A DNA stretch of 64,000 bases. Origin: the human T2T-CHM13v2.0 reference genome, Homo sapiens. The notes under the pieces were generated by a model that was not told the DNA's origin, ran no database searches, and was given only the letters and a program-made list of their open reading frames with translations. Shown one piece after another: positions 14,778-28,079 of this stretch (position 1 is its first letter; the number at the start of each line of letters is the position of its first letter). Location: the NCBI RefSeq assembly GCF_009914755.1, contig NC_060926.1. One strand, 5' to 3'. The translations under genes and the position numbers were made by a program.

Positions 14778-15440
14778 ACTGGCGAGGTTGCAGAGAAAAG
14801 GGAACATTTATACACTGTGGGTGGGAGTGTAAATTAGTTCAACCCTTGTGGAAAGCAGTATGGTGATTCCTCCAAGAGCTAAAAACAGAACTACCATTTG
14901 ACCCAGCAATCCCATTACTGGGAATACACCCAGAGGAATACAAATCATTCTACCATAAAGACACATGTACATGAATGTTCATTGCAGCACTCTTCACAAT
15001 ACCGACAACATGGAATCAACCTAAATGCCCAGCGATGACAGATTGGATAAAGAAAATGTGGTACATATACATCATGAAATACTATGCAGCCACAAAAAAG
15101 AATGAGATCATGTCTTTTGCAGGAACACGGATGGAGCTGGAGGCCATTATCCTTAGCAAACTAATGCAGGAACAGAAAGCCAAATACTGCATGTTCTCAC
15201 TTGTAAGTGAGGGCTAAATGAGGGAACACATGAACACAAAGAGGTAAACAACAGACGCTGGGGTCTACTTGAGCGGGGAGGGAGGATGGCAGGAGAGAGA
15301 GGAGCAGAAAACATAACACTTGGGTACTAGGCTTAATACCTGGGTGATGAAATAATATGTACAACAAACCCCTGTGACAAGAGTTTACCTGTATAACAAA
15401 CCTGCACATGTACCCCGAACCTAAAATAAAAGTTTAAAAT
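14778..15440 (+). mobile_element. Older L1PA 3' end
   Basis: ORF2 C-terminal remnant [19 protein letters not shown] and L1PA 3' UTR ending CTAAAATAAAAGTT. Confidence 0.92.
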
Positions 15441-15707
15441 AAGGGGTCTCCATGCCCGGCACACTGCATTTTTCTAGGATGAATACGCAGTGTGAATAAG
15501 CAGCAAGTGATGGGCCCTCCTCTTATGACCATTCCTATAAAATCATGTTAGAATGATCCTGGAGAGAAAAAGCCTACCACAGGAATAGCTGGTGTGGAGA
15601 AACGGCCATAGGGCATTAAAAACACAGACAATTTTCTTCAGGAATAAATGGCAATATTCCATTTGCTAAAAGTGGAAAGTTTTCTCTGTTCTTAAATAGG
15701 TACACTG

Positions 15708-16012
15708 GGCTGGGTGCAGTCACTCACGCCTGTAATCCCAGCACTTTGGGAGGCCGAGACAGGTGGATCACCTGAGGTTGGGAGCTTGAGACCAGTCTGG
15801 CCAACATGGTGAAACCCTGTCTCTACTAAAAATACAAAAAAAAAAAAAAAATTAGCCGGGCTTACTGGCACATGCCTGTAATCCCAGCTACTCAGGACGC
15901 TAAGGCAGGAGAATCATTTGAACCCAGGAAGTGGAGGTTGCAGTGAGCTGAGATGATACCACTGCACCCCAGCCTGGGCAACAGAGCGAGACTCCGTCTC
16001 AAAAAAAAAAAA
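15708..16012 (+). mobile_element. AluS
   Basis: Full-length Alu, TSD AAATAGGTACACTGG. Confidence 0.95.
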
Positions 16013-17113
16013 TAGGTACACTGGTTGGCTATGTAACTCTGAGCAAGAGTTCACAGGATCTAAGAAAACTTGGTTCAATTTGCAGTCTTCAAAAGATAGG
16101 CGAGTGAAATGCCAGAATCAGACCTTCTGATGCAAATAAAATATTGCCGCCTGGTTTGTGATTACAGTAATTTTGTACTATTGCGTATACACGATCCTGA
16201 CAACTGTAAGCAAGGAAAAGATCATCTTTCAAGAATTCATTCTTGGATATTTCTGTGTTTACAGAATAATTCTCTTCCAAGAGCAATAAATATGCAGCTG
16301 GACACATGCGGCAAGATCCGTCCTTCTAAATCACTCTTCCTGGAGTTAAAGAAAACATTGTCTGGACATTCTTGTGATAACATCACAAGATGAGGCTCTT
16401 GAGCACTTGAATTATTATTCTGAAGCCCAACGTATAAATATCCTTTGTACCGCAGCCATCTCGAGTTGGAGCAGCCATGCTGGCACAAGATTCAATGCTT
16501 TCCTGTAATTGTTCAGTTATTGGCCTTGAAAGTTGCTGTCATTTATTTCATCACAATTGAGAGCTGTTTTTCCAACATATATGTTTTTCCAATAAAGGGT
16601 GTGATTTAGCTGTGGGACAAGAGGCTCACTGCCCATTCCATGCCCACAAACATAAGAATAATAATTTGGGAATTTGAAATAAGAACGATGAAAGGACAGA
16701 GAACTATAAATTGCGGAATTGTAAAAGCTGGAAACAAATCCCCAGATTATCTATGACAACTTCCTCATTCTATGGATGGAAAAACTGAAGCCCACGCATA
16801 TTTATGAAAAAGAGGGTCCACTGAGCTTTCTCAAATAGCCGTCTGACTTACAGAAAATGAACTCCCAGTCTAACTTGAAAGGCCGTCTGTGTGGGTCAGG
16901 ACAAGCACCAGCCCTGCTAGGGAAGGGAGACAGTCTACAGCCTCTGTTAATGTCTGCAGAGCTCCATTTATGTTGGCAGCTGGTGAAAGGGGTACACCTG
17001 TTTTCCTCTGAGGTAATAATCGTGATCACGGTGCTCATATACCTGATATGTGTTTTCCACTTCCTCTGATTCTACAGGACCAGGACAGAAAAAAACAAAA
17101 ACAAAAAAAATCT

Positions 17114-17415
17114 GGCCAGGTGCGGTGGCTCACGCCTGTAATCCCAGCACTTTGGGAGGCTGAGGCGGGTGAAACACGAGGTCAGGAGATTGAGACCATC
17201 CTGGCTAACACGGTGAAACCCCATCTCTACTAAAAATACAAAAAAAAAATTATCCGGGTGTGGTGGCGGGCACCTGTAGTCCCAGCTACTTGGGAGGCTG
17301 GGGCAGGAGAATGGCGTGAACCAAGAGGTAGAGCTTGCAGTGAGCTGAGATCGTGCCACTGCACTCCAGCCTGGGCGACAAAGCGAGACTCCGTCTAAAA
17401 AAATAAAAAAATAAA
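17114..17415 (+). mobile_element. AluY-like
   Basis: Diagnostic ACCATCCTGGCTAACACGGTG and GGCGTGAACC. Confidence 0.93.
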
Positions 17416-17946
17416 TCTAAGAGAATAAACTCTGAAAATAAGTAGGGCTCCACATTTGCTCAAAGTACGACTGAGGTTATGAATGTCATCATGGTGAATG
17501 TCATCATCAGTGATATGATGAATATCATTATCAGTGATACCAGCTCCCAGCAGGAACAGTAGCAGCTGCTATCTGCTCAGTGGGTCCACCTGGGAGGAGG
17601 CACTTGGCCCTGTGGTTCAGCTCCTAATTCTACAGAATTCTTTCTGAGAGTGGTGGATCCCTCTTCTACCTTGTTCCTCATCTTCTAAGAGGACACTAGA
17701 GTTCTACAAAGAGCAGAGAGCATTTCTACTCCAACCAACAGGGCAGAGCATAAAATGAGCAACTGCTGCTACCTAGGAGCACAGCAGGATGCACTGTGTG
17801 AAAGCAGGCCCCTGAAGGAGTTCCACACAGTTACATACTGCACAAGCCCTGAGCATCAGAATAAAAAGTCCATGAGCTAATAAGCAAGCTCAGAGCTTCC
17901 CTTCTATTACAACATGTTTAAAAGTATACCTATTGTCCTGTATTAG

Positions 17947-18289
<343 letters not shown>

Positions 18290-19357
18290 TGCATTTTTTA
18301 CAACCCATAAATACCTGATTGCTCATTCATTCACTGAATAAACATTGGTTGAGCTGGAACTATGTGTCTAAAGTCATGAAAAGTGCAGAAGATACAAAGA
18401 TGAATAAAATGCAGGCCCCTCCCCTCAAGGGACTTGTTATCTAGTGAGGAAAAGAGATATATACCAAACAGACTACCAAGCCCCTTACTCAGTGCGTGCT
18501 GGAGGTGCACAGGTATGATGGGCACGCAGAGGAGGAGCCCCTGAGAGAGCAGGCAGGCATCCCAGAGGAGATGCTATCTGTGCTAGGAACAGGTCAGCCA
18601 GGTGATATGGCAGGTCAGGTCAAGGGGTGGAGTAGGCAAAGCCAGAGACATGAGAGACAGAGTAGGGTAGGCAGAGAGCCCAGGAAGATGGAAGACCCAG
18701 TCAACAGCCAAGGCAATGAGGGCCTGGATGCCTTGTTCATGGACTTGGGTATGCCTCGCAGGCAGTGGAGAAACGGACAGCCCAGTGAAAGTTTACTGCA
18801 TGGAAGCCTGCCTTTACTATGCAAGACAGGGGGCAATGACTCCTAAAAAATGTATCAGGGTATCAGAGCCCATTTCTGAATGATTTCTTCAAATAAAAGT
18901 AGGACATCTTGGTTCTACAAGGACTTATTAACCTAATTGTGTACAATCCATTTACTCTCTGTGAACTCCACATCCCTCCTGACAGGTTATCAATAATTCC
19001 TGCTCCTTAGCTGGTACACAGGAATGCTGAAAGCATCAGGCAACAGCCTGCAGGGAGATGCCCAAACATAAGGCGCAACCCCTCCTTTTTATTTCACTGA
19101 ATCAAATTCCAAATCACAGTTTCCTGGAGTTCTTATTCCTCACCAAGCTAAATCATTCCATGATGTCATTACCCCTTCGGCCCTGAATAGGGTATTTGAA
19201 AAAGCTGGATCTTAGGGTACAGGCTTGACTCCAGGCCAAGGGAACTGCAATGGGTGAGGCAGGTGCCAGGTGCAGCTCGGAGGTCTGGGGATGGCCCAGG
19301 GAAGGCTTTGATCTCTGAGTCTCTCGCTAGCCCAGCTTTGACTCAGATGTAAGAATA

Positions 19358-19680
19358 GGTCGGGTACAGAGGCTCATGCCTGTAGTCCCAGTACTTTGGG
19401 AGACCGAGGCAGACATATCGTTTGAGCCCTGTAGTTCAAGACCAGCCTGGGCAACATGGAGAAACCCCATCTCTACAAAAAACACAAAAAATTTGCCGGG
19501 TGTGGTGGCATGCATTTGTAGTCCCTACTACTCAGGAGGCTGAGGTGGGAGGATCTTGAGCCCAGGAGGTCGAGGCTGCAGTGAGCCATGATAGCATCAC
19601 TGCTCTCCAGCCTCAAGGAAACAGCCTCATGGTGACACAGACCATGTCTCCAAAGAAAAAAAAGAAAAAGAAATAAAAAG
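19358..19680 (+). mobile_element. AluJ-like
   Basis: Diverged dimeric Alu, TSD GATGTAAGAATA. Confidence 0.9.
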
Positions 19681-19979
19681 GATGTAAGAATAAAGGTTCA
19701 GAGGGCCAGGGAGCAACAATGCACTCTACTACTCACAATTCATACTAATTTTAAAAGTTCACAAGCTCATCAGTGTGATCTATTTTTAAATTTTCAGATT
19801 CAAAAACTGTAAAACAAAGTATGAGTGGGGAAAGTATCAAAGCTGGAGGAAAATAAAGGGAAAAGGAAACAGAAAGAGTAAAGAGAAGGGGAGAAGGGTG
19901 GTGACAGGACAAAAAAAGGAAGGAGGAGGGTAAATGAAATGAGGCAGAAGAGAGGCAAGGACCCTGCATGCCAGGAAGC

Positions 19980-20280
<301 letters not shown>

Positions 20281-21469
20281 TGAAGAGGTCAGATTAGCAA
20301 AAGAAGTCTATTTAAGCATCCTTTTCAATGCACCTTTTATTGACTACCTACTTTGATCTGACCCCAATGGGCCCATTTTCTCCTCCCCCTTTGAAACCCC
20401 AAGTGCTTCTCCCTATCAACCCTGCTGCAGGAGGCTCCTCTAACATAGCCATTTCCTAAGGAGAAATCTGTGAACGTCCCCAAGCCCTTCCTGCATGCAG
20501 CCCTTCAACACATGCAAAAGCAGCTTCGGTAAGTCAGTCCCTGTATCTTTAGATGTCACCGGGGATCCGCAAGGGATATTCAATTACTTATCAATAATCA
20601 ACCAGAGCTTTCCAGAGACAATTAGGAAAACTGGTCTATGTGGGCTCTTTTAAAAAATACATTATAAAAGTGCAGTGTTTTCATGCAATTGCCCCGTCTT
20701 CTACCAACCGTAAGCATTGGGAAGGGTGCCCACTACCTGTCGCTGAGACCTCACCAGCAGGGAACACACACAGGACCAGGGGCTTTGTGAATACTTGTGG
20801 AATGGATGAACAAATGAATTGACGGGTGGATGAATACAAACATGTCAGAGTACAAACATACAGGCAAAAATCAAGCATGAAAAATTAGAAACATATTATG
20901 TGAACAATCCACTCTGCATAGCAAACCCAACATGTAATGTGGTTTGGCATATGACATCATGAGCTTCCATCGCTGCCCTCGTCCCTCCTTCCAGATAAGC
21001 TGCTGCTTCCGCAGCGGATATAACTCTTCTTATTGTGTTTGGACTCCAATCCCATGTGAACACACAGCTGCACAGTCCAGGATGCAGCCTGGCCAGGTCA
21101 AGAAGCAAAAAGCCAGCTGGGAGTCGTGCCCACTTTGGGAAGAACGCACAGATCCCCAACACGGGCTCCAGGTGTCAGCAGAAGGCCCTGATGTTCTACA
21201 GACATGTGATGCCTATAATCAAAGATCCTCCATTCAAAGGCACGGGACTCTCACACCTGGAAATGTGCTCAGAGAATACCCCGCACCATTTTATTTTCCT
21301 ACGGATGGGAGTATCTACACACAAAAACCGCTCACCCCCAACACTCTTCATTTGTCTAGCTAAACGGGTTGTTTTAAACAGAAATTCTGATAAAACGGAG
21401 AGGGCCATCATGTCAAGGAAAGTTGCTGTTTTATAAACTAGAATAATGGATCAAGCCTTGGAGTCCCTA

Positions 21470-21806
21470 AAGAGAGAGGATCTCTTGAGCCCAAGAGTTC
21501 GAGGCTGCAGTGAGCTGTAGTGCTGCCACTATACTCCAGCCTGGACCACAGTGTAAGACCCGGTCTCTAAAAAAAAAAAAAATTTTATATCAGTTGGATA
21601 TGGTGATGTGTGCCTACAGTCCTAGCTACCTGGGAGACTGAGGCAGGAGGACTGCTTGAGCCCAGGGGTTTGAGGCTTTAGTGAGCTATGATGGCACCTG
21701 TGAAAAGCTACTGCACTCCAGCCTGAGCAACAGAATGAGACCCTGGAAAAAAAAAAGAAAAGAAGGAAAGAAAGAAAGAAAGAGAAAAAAGAAAGAAAGA
21801 AAAAAA
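21470..21806 (+). mobile_element. Two tandem AluJ/FRAM-like right-arm fragments with (GAAA)n tail
   Basis: Two TTGAGCCCA...GAGGCT...GTGAGCT arms, each ending in an A-rich tail. Confidence 0.8.
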
Positions 21807-23277
21807 GTATCTAGCATCCACTTGAAATCTATTTTTAAATTGTTGGATTTTAAACAATCTTAGTTTGTAAGGTATAAAATTGACTATGCTTACCACTGTA
21901 TAATATATTTACAGATTAATTTAATAAGCCTTTACTAAATGCATGTACAGACAGGTGTCAGAGGTGTATTATAGTTTACATAAACTGGTAACTTCCAACT
22001 TAAAAAAAATAAATAAACATCTTCATCTCTGGTGGTTCTGCATGAGGCAATGTTTGAATAAGGTAAACTGCTGTCTTCTGAATTATCTTTTGAATATTGA
22101 ATACTAAAAATAAAGGGAAAACAATAAATATCAAATTTCTGATCTGAAGTCCATGACTACAAGAGGAGTTACACTTGTTTTGATGTCGTTCAGCCTTTTG
22201 AACCCAGCCGACAAGAATGTGTTGAGTAACCACTGTTTTCCATGTGCTACGTGAGGCACTGGGAAGCTGAGATAAAACACACAGTCTATGAAGGAGTTCC
22301 AGTCTAGTTCTAGCTCCAAATAATTTAAATCACTTTTAAGATCCCATCTTGTCATTTAATCTCAAAACACATCAATTGCAGCCATGCAGGACAACCATAG
22401 CTGCACACGCTAGAATGGCGGGTGGCCTCGGGTCCGTCAATCACACCAGTGTGGGGACCAAGGGAGACTCCATCCTGCATGCTATGGCTCTACCATGCCT
22501 TCCCTGAGTGAGTTACGAACACTTCTACACCTACAAAACGAAAACCACCCACTCTTCTTCATGGCAGGGGTCTCCTCTCACCTCCCAAGTGCGGCTCACT
22601 GTTCACTCTCCCAGCTATCTGAGGTGCCTATGACCCCCACCCCCATGCTGGCCTTTCTCTTGGCATCCAGCAGCTTCCATGAATGACTGGCCACCTCCTT
22701 CTCACTGCAGTCCTGCCACTCTGTGGGGTTTCTCTGGCGCACTGCAACAGGACTCTGTCCCGAGAGGCTTGCACAGTTCCTTCTGCTTCCTTCATTGACT
22801 GCCTGCTTCTTAGTGACTCCAAAAGTTGTATTAACCCAAGCAGACAGGTCTATTTCCTTGTTGGCTGACAAGCTCCATATTTACATACTGCAAGGACATT
22901 CTGGCATTAATTCTGTTCACCCATGAAAACAGGGCAGCTGCTTCTGCCACAGACATCCCACATCTCACTCAAGACCATATGACGGGAGGATCTTGAAGCC
23001 GCAGACAGAATCAGGCTAGTAAAGGCGTGGGCCACCGAAGGCTGAGGATGAGTGTGAAGTCTAAGTTCACACCAGGCAAGACACCACCCACGAGCACTGG
23101 GATGGACCTGGGAGACCAGACGCTGCTCCAGACCCCTCGTGACATCCCCATGCAGAGAGCATGTTTTACAGCAAGAGGAAAGCCAAGACTCCCAGGAGCA
23201 AAGTAGTGATCAAATCTTAAAAAAAGGGAGAATGACAGTTGGTGGGGAGACTTTTTAAATAGATGTTACCAGAGAGC

Positions 23278-23755
23278 TGTAATAGTCAGGGTTTTCTAGA
23301 AAAATAGAACCAACAAGAGATGTACATAGAGAGATTTATTGCAATGATTTAGCTCACACAATTACGAAGGTGAAAAAGTCCCAAGACCTGCAGTCAGTAG
23401 GCTGGAGACCCAGGAGAGCCGATGGTGCAAATTGCAGTCTGAAAAGAGGAGACTCTATAGACCCAAGAAGAGCCGATGTTTCAGTGTGAGTCCAAAGGCG
23501 GAAAGGACCAATGTCCCAGCTCAAGCAGTCCGGCAGGGGGGCTTCCCTCTTACTCAGTTTTTTTGTTCTATTCAGGCCTTCAACTGTTTGGACAAGGCCC
23601 ACTCACATTATGGAGAGCAGCCTGCTTTACTCAGTCTACCCATTCATATGTCAATCTCATCCAAAAACACCCTCCCAGACACACCCAGAACATATGACTG
23701 AATGTTTGGGCACCGCATGGCCCAGTCAAGTTGACACATGAAAGTAACCATCACA
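23278..23755 (-). mobile_element. MLT2 (ERVL) solo LTR
   Basis: TGTAATAGTCAGGGTTTTCTAGAAAAATAGAACC...AGTTGACACATGAAAGTAACCATCACA with TG...CA ends. Confidence 0.85.
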
Positions 23756-23811
23756 GTAGCTAAAACTGAAATCCACAATTTAGGATAACAGAGGAAATTC
23801 ACTTGACTCAC

Positions 23812-23862
23812 CCCAAAGTCAAAATGCCAGCCTAGTCTCCAGGAAGACACAGTTCTCAGCCA
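23812..23862 (-). other. FHL2: FHL2 51-nt 5' UTR exon
   Basis: Acceptor TGCTTTCTCTAG|TGG and donor TTTGGG|GTGAGT. Sequence GGCTGAGAACTGTGTCTTCCTGGAGACTAGG matches the FHL2 mRNA leader as I recall it. Confidence 0.88.
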
Positions 23863-24051
23863 CTAGAGAAAGCACACGTGTTTTGTTTCAGATGGTCATC
23901 TTGAGGAAGCGAACTCAGTATAACGCAACTTGAGATGGACACTTAATAAATGTGGTTTTGATCAAATTCTCATAATAAAACCGCACAGAAGAACCCAATG
24001 TCTAATGTTTCCATTCACCCAAGCTCAAGGAACTTTGTACCTCAGGGCATC

Positions 24052-24126
24052 TGAGTCAGAGAGCCGCTTAGCGACTCAGGCCCGGTGCTGACAAAGGAGG
24101 CTGCCTGAGTCACTGAGGCTGAGTAA
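24052..24126. promoter_or_regulatory. AP-1 motif cluster (candidate intronic enhancer)
   Basis: TGAGTCA at 24052 and 24106; variants CGACTCA at 24072 and TGAGTAA at 24120. Confidence 0.55.
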
Positions 24127-26009
24127 CTGGCCCTCGGCACAGGACAGGAGTAAACTACTCCTGATATCTAGTCTGTTTTTTTTTTTTTTTTTTTTTTGGC
24201 AATATTCTATTGGGCGTTTTTGACTGCAATTTAAATATCTTTCAGTACTGGAAATGGTTTAACACGCAATCTTGGGTCAAAGTATGCATCATAAGGCCTC
24301 ATAGAAATATTCAAATGTTAAAAAAAATAAATAAATATTCAAATGTTCCTCCCGTGGTGCGTTTAGTGGTTAGAACTCAGGTTCTCCAGTTAAGCTGCCT
24401 GGGGTCAGATCTCAGGGCTACCATTTACAGCCCGGGAAACCCTGAGTTAAAGTTACTTTGATCTCTGTTTTCAGTGTCTTTACCTGTAAAAATGAGGCTA
24501 TCAAATATGTATACACTGTCTATGATGTCCAGGCTTCTTAACAACCCTAACAAAAAGACAACATCATTGTCCCTGTTTCCCAGTGGAGAAAACCGAGACA
24601 CTACGAGATTAAGTGACTTGGCCCAGGCTGCACAGGTTGAGGGACCCGGATGTAAATTTAGGCAGCCTACATGCAGTCCCCGGCATCCCCTAGCCTACTG
24701 CATCTGCCTGTGGCTATTTGTGAGACGGTGAGCTAAAATGAGACAGAACCTATGTGCCCAGAACAGTTTCTGGTCTGTAGTAAGCCCATCATTAGCCTTC
24801 ATCGACATGTTATGGTGTAAACGCATTTTAAACCATGGCAGGCTAATAAACACCGTGGAAACACAATTCTGTGTATTAACTGATGATCTTCTAAACTGGG
24901 GGGTGATCTAAATCCAGTAACACTTGACAAAATTTTATATAAATGCACAATGAAATGTTCTTTGAGTTTGGTTTTATTAAAGTTTAATTGATAGACTAGG
25001 AATTCCTGTACTTCTAAGACTTGATGCAAATGGTTTTTGTTTTTTTGTTTTTTTTTGTTTTTTTGTCTAAAACATCTTCAGGATAGTGCAAAACCTCTTT
25101 TCTTTAATATATTATTATAAAACACTCATTAGTAGAGTCAGCACCAAAAATGTGAGATGTATTGGGAGTTGTGTTTTGAAGACAGTTCTCCTGATTCTAA
25201 ACCCAAATTGTGATTTATTACCTTCCAAAATATGTGGAAGGGAGTGCGGGCCTTAAGTTCAGTGATGTCTAAGTACACTGCTGCTTGCAAGCCAGCTACA
25301 CATTTCAGCTAACCGGATTAGCCTACTTCCAGTTAAAACCCGACTGAGGATATGAAAATAAATATGACTGATTCATTTAAAATCAGAAAAACACTCAATA
25401 TTTTCTTCCCTCTATTTCTGGTATGCTAAGATATCACACGAGTGCGACTTAAGAAAAACTTAGAATCTTTTTCATTTAAAATAAGCCATTTTTGTTTTAA
25501 CCGAATGGTTCAGTTATTAAATGTCTACCTGAGTCAAGGAGCGAGGTCACACTGCAAACTCCACTTATTTCTACTAAAGGGAAATGGCCCGGACTCCCCC
25601 GCGCAGACCACCGTGCCAGGACAGCCCGCTCGGGAGTCGGGCCTGGAAGCAGGCGGACAGCGTCACCTCCCCGCAGCCGCCGGCTGGGACCCGCGGCCAG
25701 CCTTTACCCAGGCTCGCCCGGTCCCTGCCCGCATGGCGGTGCCCCACCTGGTGAGGACGCGGGCTGCAGTCCTCCCTCTGGGGATGAGTCGGTGGGCTCC
25801 TCTGAGCTCCAGCGCCCCCAGGGTCTAGACCCCTCCCATTGCTCCGCTCCCCTCTCCCCGTGGTCTCCCCACCCCCAACCCCCAGGGTTCGGCTCTCCTC
25901 TCCCGGGTCTACCCCACAGCTCAACTCCTTTCTCCCGGCTTCTCCCCGCACGGTTCGGGTCCCCTCTCCCAGTGGTCTTCCCGGACCCACAGCTCTGCTC
26001 TCCTCTCAC

Positions 26010-26240
26010 CAGTCTCCCCAACTCCGGCTCTGCTCCCCTCTCCTTGGGTCTCGCACCGGATTCGGCCCCCACTTCCGAGCCCTGGTGGCTAAGCCCCTCG
26101 GCCTCCCTCCGGGGCGCAGGGGGTTGGAGGTACTCACGGCACCGCAGCGGGCCGGGGACTCCCGGACGGGGCTGGAGGGCGCGGGCGGCTGGTGGCTGCG
26201 GCTCCGCTGCCGGCCGAGTGGAGCGCTGCGCAGCTCCCGC
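26010..26240 (-). other. FHL2: FHL2 first-exon region with two alternative donors (exon ends at 26138 and 26010); 5' end approximate
   Basis: Donors GGTGCC|GTGAGTA (26138/26137) and GAGACTG|GTGAGAG (26010/26009) inside the CpG island, downstream of the CArG/TATA-like element. TSS position is inferred. Confidence 0.7.
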
Positions 26241-26268
26241 CCTCGAGAAACCCCGCCGTGTCATTTGA

Positions 26269-26278
26269 CCATATAAGG
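26269..26278. promoter_or_regulatory. Perfect CArG box (SRF site) CCATATAAGG, also TATA-like on the minus strand
   Basis: Exact CC(A/T)6GG match, the only AT-rich patch in the island core. FHL2 is an established SRF/RhoA target. Confidence 0.88.
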
Positions 26279-28079
26279 AGATGCACGCCTCGGCTCGCTG
26301 GCACCGGGCGTGGGGCGCGGGGGGCGGGCGCCCCCAGGCCTCGCGGTTGCCGTGCCCCCGCCCCGGGCTGCGGCGGTCCCGGCCCGTACCCTTTGTTTGC
26401 CAGGGCTCCTTTCTTCGTGCCCTCCGGGTCTTGGGAGCACAGTAGTTATCGGGAGCGTCGCCTCCGGCGTGGGCTCTCGGGCGCGAGTTTCGGACGAGGC
26501 CTGGGCGCGGTGGCAGGGGTCTGCCCACGCCGGGATCTCTGCCTGGTCCCAGGAGCGGGAGACTGGAGAAGCCCCAGGACGTGCCGGGGGAGGCGGAGGG
26601 AGGAGGGGGTCACTTCTCAGGAGGCATGTGCCTGGGATATATTTGCAAGGTGGACGTTTTTCCTTCTTACCCTGCAGATGCTTCTTTACGAAATGAACAC
26701 CACAGATGACCATAAAGAATCCTTCGTTCCACTACGGAGGGGACTAAAGGAAGGTCCTATCCCCACCTCTCCCTCTCGGGGCCAGAAGACTAGTTAGACA
26801 TCTTGGATTCCCCTCCAGGGCGGGAAAACCAAAGTGAGCTGGGAGCGTGCCTCCCACATTCCAAGCCCGGGCCCTCTGCGTGACGCTGACGCTGGGTAGG
26901 GACAGATGGCACTGTTCAGCATTGTCGCAGGGAGAGCACAGGTTGAGCCCATCCCTGGGAGAGGGTGCGTCGTGATGGAAACATTTGCTCCTGAGCAGGT
27001 AACCGATCCACTTGCAGAAACCGGTGGACGATGAGTAGGTGGACCACAAAGGCGTCCTCGGCACTTTGGGGGCAGGTGTATTATTTTTAACATTCGGGGC
27101 AGCTCATAGGAATACATCCTCCAGAGAAGGCGGGAAGAACTCCGTGATTGCTTTCTTTTAATTGATACTCTCCGTCTGGTAGGCCTCATGGGTCTCCATC
27201 ATGGAATCACAGAACTTGAGAATAAAGGGGCTTCATCACCTTAGCTTCCACTCGGTGAGCACTAGCTCTACCTGGTATCTCATTTGATCCACACTCCTTT
27301 AAGGTAAAGATTTTTACCAGATTTACGGTGAGGAAAGTTCAGCTCAGATTTGCTCCAGGCCACGTGAACGGTAACTGTGCCAGCTGAGATTTGAACTGGG
27401 GTGTGGTAGATGGCAAAGCCATGTAAGTATATTACGGGATCAGAAATGCCTCTCATCCCTCAGTCACTCAGGTGACTCCAGAGGACTGAGACTTGCCATA
27501 AGCCCAGCCAGAACTAGATGTGCGGAATACAGCCCTCCCCCGACCCCACCCCACTGTGTCCCTGAAACAGGACGCTTTCCTGAAGAACCTGAGTTAAGGC
27601 CACCCTACCTGAATTTCCACTAAGTGTCAAGGCAGGCTAGTATTTTGAAATTCAGAGCAAAGTTTGTGTAGAAAAGGCTCCCAGCCCCTGACAGCTACCT
27701 AGATGTGTTGTTGATATCGTTACAAATTAGGAAATGGTCTCCTAGTTCTCAAATGGTGAGTCTTAAGCTTCAGTTTGTAAAAACAAGCCCTAAAATGATG
27801 AAACATTAATTCTGCATTTATCTTCTTTCTGATTCCTTTTGTCTTATATTTTAATTTTTTTTTTTTTTTTTTTTTAGCTTTCTGACTTACGGGTGTAATC
27901 CATTTAGCTTTGCTTTTTTACTGATAGAGTTATTTAGTTCTGTTATTTTTCTTCTAATAACTGCTTTAGCTGTGTCACATAGGTTCAGCTATGTTGTGTT
28001 TTATTATTAAGAAATTCTGCAATTTAATTTTGTGTTTAATTTTTGACCTAATGGGTAGCAGAACATTTTAAATGACCCT

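Larger units (their letters stand above)
25590..26600. promoter_or_regulatory. FHL2: CpG island / FHL2 promoter
   Basis: Very high GC and CpG density relative to CpG-depleted flanks; GC box GGGGCGGG near 26321-26328. Confidence 0.93.

Noticed and set aside
17478-17540. Degenerate TGAATGTCATCAT repeats
   Set aside because: Low-complexity slippage repeat with no spacer structure; not CRISPR-like.
25442-27189. Many long ORFs in the CpG island
   Set aside because: Expected from stop-codon scarcity at high GC. Only the part that splices in frame to FHL2 was kept.
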